From the NCBI GenBank assembly GCA_963707145.1, contig CAVPOQ010000006.1:30159-94158 (forward strand): DNA of 64,000 nucleotides. The letters are read 5' to 3'. This stretch comes from an uncultured Gammaproteobacteria bacterium (GTDB lineage: Bacteria; Pseudomonadota; Gammaproteobacteria; Steroidobacterales; Steroidobacteraceae). Under the pieces are notes generated by a model that saw nothing but the letters and a program-made list of their open reading frames with translations, did no database searches and had not been told where the DNA came from. The number at the start of each line of letters is the position of its first letter. Position 1 is the first letter of the stretch. The position numbers and the translations under genes were made by a program. Shown here piece after piece: positions 16,373-25,082 of the stretch.

Positions 16373-18061
16373 TCACCGGGGCTTCTTGTCCTTCAGCTTT
16401 GCGTCCTTCGCGTCCTTTGCCTTCGCAGGCGCGCCGGCAGGCATGCTCTGCTTGCCGCGGTCGCTCGCTGCGCGATCGCCGCCGCCGCCCTTGGCTCCCG
16501 AGATTGCGCTCGATCTGGCACGTTCCGGTGCGCCGGACGGCACGGCCGCGGGCTTGCTCGCAGGTTTGCTCACCTTCGGTGCCGCAGGAGCGGCATCGCC
16601 GCGGTCCGACGCGGTGGAACGCGCGGCACTCGCCGACGGCTTGGCCTCGGGACGACTGACATTCGACGTCGCCGGCTTCGCAGCCGCCTTCGCCGTGGGC
16701 GCCGCGCTCGTCGCCTTGCTCTTGACGGCATCGCCGGTCGCCTGGCCGCCCGCGTAAGAGCCCTGCACCTTCGGCACGGCCCCTGCGGCACTGGTGGCCG
16801 CGCCCGGCCTGGCTTCCGGCACCTTGCTCTTGGCGGCCTGCGGAGCGCCCGCATAGGAACCCTGGCCCTTCCAGGCGTCTGCAGCCGGCGCAGGGCGCTT
16901 CGGCCCCTGCCTGGCCTGTGCATTCAACGAATCGAGCTCCGGCCGATTCGGCTTCGCTGCCGTGATCGGGCTGCTTGCCTTGCGGGACTGCCCGTCGCGC
17001 GTCGCACTGTTGTAGCCCGACCGGTTGTTGTCGTAGCGATCCCAGTACCCGCCGTTGTTGCCGCCCGGGTTGACCACGACGATGTTGCCGCTGTTGTTGA
17101 ATCCGCCGCCGTAGCCGGGTGGCCGGTTGTAGCCACTGCTCGGGTAATAGCCATTGCCGTATCGCGGGCGGTACGGATACGGGGGGTAATAGGGCATCGG
17201 CGGTCCGTAGTACCGCGGGTTGTAATAGCCCTTCTTGTACCAGTCGTCGTCGTCATCGTCGAAGATGTTGGCGACGAGCATGCCCGCGCCGAATGACAGC
17301 AGGCCCGTGGCGACCAGCGCTCCCGTACTGTGGCCCGTGTCTGCTGCGCCGGTTGTCGCGGTCGCGGCAGGAGCAGCGACCGCCGGCGCAGGAGCGTAAA
17401 CCGCCACGGGATCGTACTGCGGCACGTACACCACCTCCGGGCTCGGTGGCGACACCGTGATGACCTGGTGGCCCTCCTGGATCTCGGTCGCAACCTTCAT
17501 CTGCTCGGAACTCTTCAGGTTGCCGACGTCCCTGGCCTGAGTCCGCAGGCGCTGCACCGCGTCGAGCGCCCCCGCCTGGTCATTGACGTAGGCCTGGCCG
17601 AGCTCGGTCGTCCAGCCCATCTCAAGGCACATCATGTCGATGACTTCCGGCGACTGCAGCAGCCCGCGCACCGGCGGCGTAAAGCCGACCTGCTTCGCGG
17701 CCTCGTCGAGCGCGTTGCCCGCGAGGCTCGGGTTCTGCAGCAGCCAGTTGCCCGCGTCGAGCACTTCCTGCGGATTCGTCGCTGCGACCAGCACCTCGCC
17801 GAGTATCACGTCCGGGTACAGCGCGACGGGCGCCAGCAGCTCTTCCATCGCTTCTGGAGTCCAGGTCGCCGTGCTGGCCTGCAGCGGTTGCGGAGGCTGT
17901 GCGGCGGCCTGCTGAGCAGCGTCGGGGGGCGTCTGCACCGTTACGACAGGCGGCGTGGCAGGCGTCGCAGGAGGTGTCTCCTTGCTGCCACATCCCGACA
18001 GGGCGATTGCCACGCCGATCGCGAGCGCGAGGCCTTGCCTGGGCGGCGATTTGTATTCCAA
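16373..18061 (-). CDS. DUF3300-family lipoprotein with a long low-complexity C-terminal half
   Basis: LAPVALYPDVILGEVLVAATNPQEVLDAGNWL is the DUF3300 signature as I recall it. Lipobox IALSGC. I prefer the TTG start at 18061 (AGGAG 6 nt upstream) over the track's GTG at 18082. The C-terminal ~300 aa are Y/P/G/N-rich, then A/K/P/S-rich. Confidence 0.75.
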   Translation of the reverse strand: MEYKSPPRQGLALAIGVAIALSGCGSKETPPATPATPPVVTVQTPPDAAQQAAAQPPQPLQASTATWTPEAMEELLAPVALYPDVILGEVLVAATNPQEVLDAGNWLLQNPSLAGNALDEAAKQVGFTPPVRGLLQSPEVIDMMCLEMGWTTELGQAYVNDQAGALDAVQRLRTQARDVGNLKSSEQMKVATEIQEGHQVITVSPPSPEVVYVPQYDPVAVYAPAPAVAAPAATATTGAADTGHSTGALVATGLLSFGAGMLVANIFDDDDDDWYKKGYYNPRYYGPPMPYYPPYPYRPRYGNGYYPSSGYNRPPGYGGGFNNSGNIVVVNPGGNNGGYWDRYDNNRSGYNSATRDGQSRKASSPITAAKPNRPELDSLNAQARQGPKRPAPAADAWKGQGSYAGAPQAAKSKVPEARPGAATSAAGAVPKVQGSYAGGQATGDAVKSKATSAAPTAKAAAKPATSNVSRPEAKPSASAARSTASDRGDAAPAAPKVSKPASKPAAVPSGAPERARSSAISGAKGGGGDRAASDRGKQSMPAGAPAKAKDAKDAKLKDKKPR

Positions 18062-18149
18062 GCGTATCTCCTGTCCATTCACCGATGCGGGACGGCGCGG
18101 CCTACTTCACCGCTGACTAACCGTTGTTGTCATCCTTCTTATCGTCCGT

Positions 18150-18431
18150 TTAGTCCTTCTTGTCGTCCTTATCCTTCTTGTCGTTCTTGTCGTTCTTGTC
18201 GTTCTTGTCGTGCTTGTCCTTGTCGCCGATGTTGGCGGCGTCCTTGGCCGTGTCGTGCATGGCCTCCTTCGGGTCGCAGCGTCCACCGACGCCGACGGTT
18301 GCCTTCGCTGCGGCACTCTTCGCGGCCTTCTCAGCCGTGCAGTCCGGATCGAGCGGACCCGCGCTGACCGCCGTCACTGCCAGCGCCATCGCCAGACCCA
18401 GTCCCAGTCGCGACTTGAGTGAATTCATCAT
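18150..18431 (-). CDS. Small secreted two-Cys protein with poly-K/D tail (copy B)
   Basis: Start at ATG 18431 (MMNSLKSRLGLGLAMALAVTAVSA) with GGAG 9 nt upstream. Mature core is GPLDPDCTAEKAAKSAAAKATVGVGGRCDPKEA. Tail is DKDKHDKNDKNDKNDKKDKDDKKD. It lies 69 nt downstream of DUF3604-B. Confidence 0.7.
   Translation of the reverse strand: MMNSLKSRLGLGLAMALAVTAVSAGPLDPDCTAEKAAKSAAAKATVGVGGRCDPKEAMHDTAKDAANIGDKDKHDKNDKNDKNDKKDKDDKKD
18177..18221. repeat. 9-bp tandem repeat (cttgtcgtt, 3 perfect + 2 imperfect units) inside the K/D tail coding region
   Basis: Read directly: cttgtcgtt cttgtcgtt cttgtcgtt cttgtcgtg cttgtcctt. It encodes (N/H)DK units in frame on the minus strand. Confidence 0.8.
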
Positions 18432-18500
18432 GACTACTCTCCAGTTGGTCGATTGTTCAATACGGCCGCGCAGCAATTCGCTGCGATACGGCATCATGCG

Positions 18501-20417
18501 TTACGGCGTGTACCAGATCGGACTCGTCCATGCGCGCTCCTGGACCGCCGAAGGCACGTCGGGCAGCAGCGGCAGCTTGTTCCTGACGGCGTCGTAGGTC
18601 GTCCACCGCGGCGTCGGTATCTCGAGCACGCGGACGTAGTACAGCGCGTTCCTCGAGGGATCGAAGTCGGGGTCGGTCCACGTGCCCATCAGCTCCGGGC
18701 TGCCGATCGTGTTGGCGTACGTCGCCTTCGTCAGGTCGACCGTATTTCCAACGGGCGGGACCTTGCCGTCGCCACCGCGCTTGCGATCGCCGCTCCAGAC
18801 CACGTCGATCACCTTGTCCTGCGGCTCGCCCTTGGCGTCGACCATGCCCTTGATGATCTGGATGCGGTCGAGGTTGGCACCGTTGGGGTCCTTTGATGCC
18901 CAGACGGTAAACGTCGGCGCCTTGGATACCTTCTCGATCGTGCCGCCCATCGGCACGCCATTGCGATAGCCCTGCTCCACGAGCTCCCGCGGGTTCGTCG
19001 ATGCGGCGCCGAGGTCCGCGCCACCGAAGAACCGCACCTTGATGCGCGTGCCGGAGGTGACGAACGTTTCGCGCGCGGCCATCGCGTCCCAGATCGCGCC
19101 GCGCGTGTTGCGTGTCGCCCAGACGGCGGCCAGCGAGCCTGGATTCGATTCCTTCGACTTGATCCAGCCGTCGATCTCGCCATCGCGCCGCGCCTCGAGC
19201 GTGCCGTCCGCTGGGCCATGGCTGCCGATGTAGTCGTCCTCGGCGACGTCCGAGGGCAGGCCGTTGTGATTGTCGGTGCCGCCGATGAAACCGAGCTGGT
19301 AGGGATTCGCACCCAGCGTCTGCTGGTAATAGAGGCCCTTGGTCACGGCCCAGCGCACGAAGTTCTCCTTCTTGAACGTGCGGCCGCTGAACGTGCCGAC
19401 GCTGTCGGCGTTCTCGAAATTCGCAAACTCGTCGGCCGGCCAGAAGCTCCGGTGAACCTCCGAGTTGCCCTTGATCTGCATCATCTCGATCAGCCGCTCG
19501 AAGTGGCTGCGCAGGCGCGCGTAGTCCGCCGTGATCGGCTTGCCGGCATTGTCGAGCGGCTCGAACATCAGGCCCTTGCTGCCGTTGGAATTGTGCGGAA
19601 TCGCCAGCAGCCGCGAGCCCTTCTTCTCCTGCTCGGCCATCCAGGCCCAGAGCTTTTCCTCGTCGTTGCTGTCCAGCGCCGAGAACGGCACGTCCGGGAC
19701 GTTCAGGTCACGGAAGATGACGTTGCGATGCATGTTCCCGGCGTTCTGGGCGGACGTCCACTCGAAGCCGGCGAGTGTCGTGAACTTGCCGGGCCGGTAG
19801 TTGTCGATCGCGGCCTTGATCTGGACGTCCTTCCATGCGCTGCGCGTCGTCTCGGGACCGGCGTAGAACGGCGGGTGGTCCGGGTGTTCGCCGCGCATGT
19901 TGTTGATAACGTACTTCATGAACCAGGCACGCTGCTCGTCCACGGTCTTGAGCCCGCGCAGTTCCTCGAGCATCGGGTTGTCGCCGCCCTTGGCGCCCGG
20001 GACCTGCGTCGAGTACATCTCGCCGATGAACTCGGCGTGGTCGGAGACGGCCACCCAGTCGAGCGGACGGCCGATGTTGTGCTTCTGGCCGTTCACGACG
20101 ACGTCGGCGCCCTGCGCGAACTTGTAGGCCTCGTCCGGCGTGATCCGGGCGCCGCCGATGTAGGCATCGAGGGAGAACGACGTGTGCACGTGCGTCTCGC
20201 CGAAGTAGGCGTCCTTCAGCGGGTTCTCCGCAACAGCGGCCTCGAGATCCGCGACCGTCGGCGCCGGGGCGGATGCTGGCGCGGCCGCCGGCACGGCAGC
20301 GACAGGTTGGTCGCTGCTCCGTTGACAACCCGCCAGTGCGAACACGACTGCGAACGCGATCAGCGCAATCTGCGCGCTGCGCACTCGGGATAGGGTCTGC
20401 GTGTGCATTACATTCAT
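18501..20417 (-). CDS. DUF3604-family lipoprotein (PHP-like hydrolase fold), paralogue B
   Basis: Start placed at ATG 20417 (MNVMHTQTLSRVRSAQIALIAFAVVFALAGCQ, lipobox LAGC), GGAGG 10 nt upstream. Motifs FGETHVHTSFSLD, RPLDWVAVSDHAE, AIPHNSNGSKGLMF, GGTDNHNG and YYVRVLEIPTPRW..TSPIWYTP. Confidence 0.8.
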   Translation of the reverse strand: MNVMHTQTLSRVRSAQIALIAFAVVFALAGCQRSSDQPVAAVPAAAPASAPAPTVADLEAAVAENPLKDAYFGETHVHTSFSLDAYIGGARITPDEAYKFAQGADVVVNGQKHNIGRPLDWVAVSDHAEFIGEMYSTQVPGAKGGDNPMLEELRGLKTVDEQRAWFMKYVINNMRGEHPDHPPFYAGPETTRSAWKDVQIKAAIDNYRPGKFTTLAGFEWTSAQNAGNMHRNVIFRDLNVPDVPFSALDSNDEEKLWAWMAEQEKKGSRLLAIPHNSNGSKGLMFEPLDNAGKPITADYARLRSHFERLIEMMQIKGNSEVHRSFWPADEFANFENADSVGTFSGRTFKKENFVRWAVTKGLYYQQTLGANPYQLGFIGGTDNHNGLPSDVAEDDYIGSHGPADGTLEARRDGEIDGWIKSKESNPGSLAAVWATRNTRGAIWDAMAARETFVTSGTRIKVRFFGGADLGAASTNPRELVEQGYRNGVPMGGTIEKVSKAPTFTVWASKDPNGANLDRIQIIKGMVDAKGEPQDKVIDVVWSGDRKRGGDGKVPPVGNTVDLTKATYANTIGSPELMGTWTDPDFDPSRNALYYVRVLEIPTPRWTTYDAVRNKLPLLPDVPSAVQERAWTSPIWYTP

Positions 20418-20483
20418 TGTGATCAAGCCTCCATCTGTATGACTGCGGTCACCGGCCCGCCGCCAGCACGTGGCCGAGCTCCT

Positions 20484-21308
20484 TCATCTCGTCGCCGGTA
20501 CCAGCAGGGCCACGCCTGCCCGCAGGACCCATTCCTGATTGCCAGGATCGTCCTTGAAGTCGTAACCGACCTCGACATTCGGGCGCCATTTCTGTTCCGC
20601 CCAACCGATCACGAAGCCGTAGTTGACGCTGAGCAGAAGGGATGACCACCGGGAATGTTCCGTGTCGTAGACGAGGGCGCTGTTGCCCACCGAAAGCGAG
20701 CGTCCCTTGCCAAGCTGATAGCTCAACACGGGCTGCAGGTTGATGATCCCGACGTCCGGTGCGTCGTCATCGCCGGCGTACGAAAAGAACGTCTGGGCGA
20801 ACAGGCCCCAATTGACCTTCTTGGCCGACGAGTTGACGAAGCCCAGTGCCGGCCCTGCGGTCCACTTGTCGAGCGTCAAGCCATCGGCGCCGGTTGGCAG
20901 CGTGCCGGAAACGCCGATGCCGAAACGTCCCCAGTTACGATCGAACGTCACCAGATCGAACACGGTGAAATCCGCGAAGCCGTCGGCTCCGCTCGGCGAG
21001 GAGGTCACATAGGGCGCGGTCAGCCGGAAGATGTGGTGCGTGCCTGCCAGCTCGAACGGCAGCGCCGCGCGGAAGACGACCTGATTCGCCGAACCGCCGA
21101 TGCCGTGAAAACTCGGCGTGTACCAGTCGTTCAGCTGGAAGGACATCAGCGCGGCGGTGGGGTCGGTCGCCTGCGCCGCAAGTTCCTCGCTGTCGCTCGC
21201 CTCCTGCGCACGCGCCGCCGGGCTGCCGCCCGCAATCATGGCGGTGGCGGCCAGCGCCACACACTGCGCAGGCAGCGTGTCCCGGACGGACGATTCCCGC
21301 TTGTTCAT
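20484..21308 (-). CDS. Probable outer-membrane beta-barrel protein
   Basis: Start at ATG 21308 (MNKRESS..VALAATAMIAGGSPAARAQ signal). Alternating-hydrophobic beta-strand pattern and aromatic-rich strands (SVNYGFVIGW, VEVGYDF, LRAGVALLVP). Exact start uncertain because there is no clear SD. Confidence 0.6.
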   Translation of the reverse strand: MNKRESSVRDTLPAQCVALAATAMIAGGSPAARAQEASDSEELAAQATDPTAALMSFQLNDWYTPSFHGIGGSANQVVFRAALPFELAGTHHIFRLTAPYVTSSPSGADGFADFTVFDLVTFDRNWGRFGIGVSGTLPTGADGLTLDKWTAGPALGFVNSSAKKVNWGLFAQTFFSYAGDDDAPDVGIINLQPVLSYQLGKGRSLSVGNSALVYDTEHSRWSSLLLSVNYGFVIGWAEQKWRPNVEVGYDFKDDPGNQEWVLRAGVALLVPATR

Positions 21309-21356
21309 TACGCTGGGGAACTCTGCACGCACGCTGATCGGGACTCAGTCGCTGGA

Positions 21357-21647
21357 TCAAGCCTTGTTATCGTCCTTGTCATCCTTGTCTTTATCCATGT
21401 CCTTGTCCTTGCCGTCGCGCCGCTCCTCGACCGGTCCCTTGTCTTCGATGTTGACCACGTCCTTGGCCGTGTCCGATAGGGCTTCCTTCGGGTCACAGCG
21501 GCCGCCCACGCCGACCGTGGCCTTTACCGCGGCACTCTTGGCGGCCTTCTCGGGAGTACAGTCCGGGTCGAGCGGGCCCGCGCTTGCGATGGCCGCGGTT
21601 GCGGCAAGCAGCGCGCCGGTGATCCAGTGCCATGACGTTGGTTTCAT
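21357..21647 (-). CDS. Small secreted two-Cys protein with poly-K/D tail (copy C)
   Basis: ATG 21647 with GGAGG upstream and signal MKPTSWHWITGALLAATAAIASA. Core is GPLDPDCTPEKAAKSAAVKATVGVGGRCDPKEA. Tail is IEDKGPVEERRDGKDKDMDKDKDDKDDNKA. It lies 27 nt downstream of DUF3604-C. Confidence 0.7.
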   Translation of the reverse strand: MKPTSWHWITGALLAATAAIASAGPLDPDCTPEKAAKSAAVKATVGVGGRCDPKEALSDTAKDVVNIEDKGPVEERRDGKDKDMDKDKDDKDDNKA

Positions 21648-21674
21648 GATCGAGTCCTCCAGTTCAAGTGATTT

Positions 21675-23660
21675 TCACTTGCCCGGCGTGTACCAGATCG
21701 GCGAGGTCCAGCCGCGCTCCTGCTGCATCATCGGCACCTCGGGCGACATCTTGATGCCGAAGCGCACCTGGTCGTAGGCGGTCCAGCGCGGCGTCGGGAT
21801 CTCGATCACGCGTGCGTAATAGAACGCGCGCAACGACGGATCGAAGTCCGGGTCTTGCCACATTCCCGCGAGTTCAGGATCGCCGATCGTGTCCGTCCAC
21901 GTCGCGGTCGCGACGTCGACGGTATTGCCAACCGGCGGCAGCTTGCCGTCCTTGCCGGGCTTGCGACGGTCGGCGTCGCCCCAGGCCACCTCATAGATGC
22001 GCTCGTGTGCCTTGCCGTCCTTGCCGAGCCAGCCCTTCACGATCTGGATGCGGTCGAGATTGCCGAACATCGGGTCCTTGCGCGCCGCCACGAGGAACGT
22101 CGGCGCCTTGCCCGCCGGCGCCTTCGTGAGATCGCCGCCCATCGGCACGCCCTTCGCGTAGCCGACGTCCGCAAGGCTGCGGCTGCGGGCGTCGGCGGGC
22201 TGGTAGTCCCAGCCGCCGAAGAAGCGCACCGTCATCCGTGTGCCGGAGGTGCCATAGACCTCCTTGCGCTGCATCGCGTCCCACAGCGCTTCGCGCGTAT
22301 TCGCCGTCGCCCACACGGCGGCATAGCCGGCCCCGAGGTAGTGCCATGTGTAGCGCGTCTTGCCGAAACCCTGCTTCGAGACGTGCTCCCAGCGGGTCGG
22401 GCTCGGCTCCTGGTAGGGCATCTTGCCGTAGAAATTGTCTTCCTCGATCGCCGTGAGCGAGTTGTGCACGTCGGTGCTGCCGACGAACCCGAACTTGAAC
22501 GGATTCACGCCGAGCTTTGCTTCCTGCTCCATGCCGCGCAGCAGGCCTGCGCGCAGGTAGTTGGTCGGCATCATCTCGCGCGACAGCGGCTTGTCGGTGA
22601 GCGTCAGGTTGCCGTACTCCCAGCCGGCGATGCCCATGTCACCCGCAAACTCATCGTTGGGCGAGATGCCTGGGTGCGTCTCGCTGTTGCCCTTGGTCTG
22701 GACGATTTCCTGCAGCACTTCCCAGCGCGCGCGCCGTTCGGCGTAGTCGCGCGTGAGCGGCTGGCCGGAGAAGTCGGTCAGCTCGAACATGCGTCCGTTC
22801 GAGAGATTGCCGTTGTGCGGGATGGCGAGCATCCGGCCGCCGGTCTTCTTCTCGTAGGCATCCATCCACGCCCAGAGCTTCTCGGGGTCCTCGCTCTGCC
22901 AGGCGGAGAACGGGAAGACCTGGTCGGCCTTGTCCTTGCCGTCGCGGAACAGCACGTTGCGGTGCAGGTTGTTGCCGCCCGGCACCGAGGTCCACTCGTA
23001 ACCGATCATCGCGGTGAAGCGGCCGGGCTCGTTGTACTTCTCCGCGGTTGCCGTGTACTCCTGCCAGACGGACTTCATGATCGGTCCGACGACCTTCGGG
23101 TCCTTGATCGGGGCAGGCAACGTGCCCATCGCCTGGGCCTTGGTCACTTCGGTCTGCGTCGCGGCCGCTTCGTCACCGCCGGCCTTCATCCCCTTGCTCC
23201 ACTGCGCCAAGGTCGGGTCGGAGACGAACGCCGGATTGCCCTTGTAGACCTCCTGCATCAGGCCGAGACCTTCCGCATGGTCCGAGACGACGAGAAAATC
23301 GAGCGGACGCGACAGCTTCACCGGCACGCCCGTCGACGAAATGACTTCCTCACCGCGGGCGAAACGGTACGAGTCCTCGGGCGTCAGGCGATCGCCCGCC
23401 GCGAAGCCGTCGCCCGAATTCGAGGTGTGGTGGTGCGTGTCCCCCCAGTACACCTGGGTCGGATACTTGCGATTGGCGTACGGCGAGTAGTTCCGGGTCG
23501 CCACCGACAACTCCGCTTTGGCCGTGGGCGCGGGCGCTGCTTCGTAATCGTCGATCAGCTTCTGCGCCAGCACGGGACCGGCGCTCGCAGCCAGCACAAA
23601 CGCGACTGCCGCCGCAATCGCCGCCCCATGGTGGATGCGAGACATGTTGCGCTGGTTCAT
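21675..23660 (-). CDS. Exported DUF3604-family protein (PHP-like hydrolase fold), paralogue C
   Basis: Start placed at ATG 23660 (MNQRNMSRIHHGAAIAAAVAFVLAASAGPVLA), GAGGAG 6 nt upstream. Motifs WGDTHHHTSNSGD, RPLDFLVVSDHAE, AIPHNGNLSNGRMF, GSTDVHNS and YYARVIEIPTPRW..TSPIWYTPGK. Confidence 0.8.
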   Translation of the reverse strand: MNQRNMSRIHHGAAIAAAVAFVLAASAGPVLAQKLIDDYEAAPAPTAKAELSVATRNYSPYANRKYPTQVYWGDTHHHTSNSGDGFAAGDRLTPEDSYRFARGEEVISSTGVPVKLSRPLDFLVVSDHAEGLGLMQEVYKGNPAFVSDPTLAQWSKGMKAGGDEAAATQTEVTKAQAMGTLPAPIKDPKVVGPIMKSVWQEYTATAEKYNEPGRFTAMIGYEWTSVPGGNNLHRNVLFRDGKDKADQVFPFSAWQSEDPEKLWAWMDAYEKKTGGRMLAIPHNGNLSNGRMFELTDFSGQPLTRDYAERRARWEVLQEIVQTKGNSETHPGISPNDEFAGDMGIAGWEYGNLTLTDKPLSREMMPTNYLRAGLLRGMEQEAKLGVNPFKFGFVGSTDVHNSLTAIEEDNFYGKMPYQEPSPTRWEHVSKQGFGKTRYTWHYLGAGYAAVWATANTREALWDAMQRKEVYGTSGTRMTVRFFGGWDYQPADARSRSLADVGYAKGVPMGGDLTKAPAGKAPTFLVAARKDPMFGNLDRIQIVKGWLGKDGKAHERIYEVAWGDADRRKPGKDGKLPPVGNTVDVATATWTDTIGDPELAGMWQDPDFDPSLRAFYYARVIEIPTPRWTAYDQVRFGIKMSPEVPMMQQERGWTSPIWYTPGK

Positions 23661-23773
23661 CGTCATCTCCTCGCGAGTCAAATGCAGAGTTCGAATGTCC
23701 ATGCGTGCACATCGGGCATCGATGCCGACCAATCACCCTCTGGCCGCGCCTGGTGCTTCCGAGGTCAGGGCCT

Positions 23774-24868
23774 CTACTGCGCCGATTCGGCCTCGGTCCA
23801 GTCCTCGCTCGTGTTGCGGGGCGGCTTGATGCGGAGCGGCACCGACACAGTGAGAAACACGCCGTCGCCCTCGAGACGATTCTCGGCGCCGAACTCGTGA
23901 TACCAGCGCAGGTCGACCCCGACCGGGTGCACCTTGCCGGGGAACTGGTAGGCGATCTCGGGTCCGACGCCGAAGACCCGACCCTTGAAATCGCCGAGGA
24001 TGGCCGGGCCGTTGCTGTCGGCGGTCAACTGCTGGAACCAGTAGCCCACGATCCCGAACGCCCAGTTGTTCGGCAGGTGCTGACGCCCGGATATCTCCAG
24101 GTGGAAGTCCGTGCCGCTGCTGTAGTCGGTGTCCTGGTTGTCGCCGTTGAAAGTAAATCCCAGTACCGACGAGAACTCACGGCCGCCCTTGAAGTTGGCC
24201 ATCGTGTAGGCGGCGCCGACGTCGAGCGCCCAGCGGTTGCTGCTCAGGTTGGCGAGCCGCCCGAGTTCGTAGGAACCGATCGGGATCCACACCGACGAGT
24301 ACACGCTCCAGGCCCGGAACTTGTCGCCCTCACGATGCTTCCAGCCGACCGAGCCGCCCACGACCGGATCTGCGAATCCGCTGTCCGAATCGGAGAGGTT
24401 GACGGTAGGGCTGGTGCCGCCGTTCGGCAACTCCACCGCGCCTTTGCCGTCCACGTCGACTTTGCCGAACGGCGTGAGCAGGCTGAACGCCAGTCGCCCG
24501 CCAGCAACCGTGACATCGGTAACCCAGGTGAATTGCGGAATATCCATCAGGGCCTGCGCAGACACGTCCTGGACGAGGCGGTCGCCGCCGAACGGCAGCA
24601 GGTCGCTGCTGCTGGCGTCGTAGTAATACACGTCGTTCGTGAGATAGATGCCCGGCTTCGGCACGAACGCGGCGAGCGGGCCACGCTTGCCGAGCAGGTA
24701 GACGCTCTTGCCACCGTCATCGGCCTGCGCAACCGGCGCGAGCACGATGCTGAGACCGACGACTCCCGCCGCCAGGGCCTCGATGCCAGCCGGTCGACGG
24801 GACGGTCGTCGCTTCCTTCCGGGATGCGTTACGGCCGGAGGCCAGACTGGCTTATCTGCATGGTCCAT
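23774..24868 (-). CDS. Outer-membrane channel of the MetA-pathway/phenol-degradation-like 'transporter' family
   Basis: Start at ATG 24868 and signal ..LSIVLAPVAQA. The C-terminal LRWYHEFGAENRLEGDGVFLTVSVPL and overall beta-strand pattern resemble that OM family from memory. Confidence 0.65.
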   Translation of the reverse strand: MDHADKPVWPPAVTHPGRKRRPSRRPAGIEALAAGVVGLSIVLAPVAQADDGGKSVYLLGKRGPLAAFVPKPGIYLTNDVYYYDASSSDLLPFGGDRLVQDVSAQALMDIPQFTWVTDVTVAGGRLAFSLLTPFGKVDVDGKGAVELPNGGTSPTVNLSDSDSGFADPVVGGSVGWKHREGDKFRAWSVYSSVWIPIGSYELGRLANLSSNRWALDVGAAYTMANFKGGREFSSVLGFTFNGDNQDTDYSSGTDFHLEISGRQHLPNNWAFGIVGYWFQQLTADSNGPAILGDFKGRVFGVGPEIAYQFPGKVHPVGVDLRWYHEFGAENRLEGDGVFLTVSVPLRIKPPRNTSEDWTEAESAQ

Positions 24869-25040
24869 GGCAGGAATCCCCCCAAGCCTCCGATGCGGTG
24901 CGGCTGACAGGCCGACGAACTCCCGCGCCGAGGCAGGCGCGTTCCTCGGCACCGACCGCCACGGCGTGATCGCCAGGGCGGCCAGAGTCCGGCAACTCTA
25001 TGAACCCACGGCGGCTGCTGGAATACCGAAGATCAACGAA

Positions 25041-25064
25041 CGGTGATAACTTGGGTTATCACCG
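25041..25064. promoter_or_regulatory. Perfect 10-4-10 palindrome (cggtgataac ttgg gttatcaccg): candidate LysR-type operator
   Basis: Read directly. It lies in the 214-bp divergent intergenic region, 19 nt upstream of the lysR-family GTG start. The core TGATAAC-N4-GTTATCA is a dyad of the kind LTTRs bind. Confidence 0.4.
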
Positions 25065-25082
25065 CGCCGTCGAGGGGGCCAA

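Noticed and set aside
16060-21440. Short periodic repeats in the K/D-coding stretches as a CRISPR or intergenic repeat array
   Set aside because: The units are 9 bp or irregular and lie inside ORFs with in-frame periodicity. No spacer/repeat architecture or cas genes are present.
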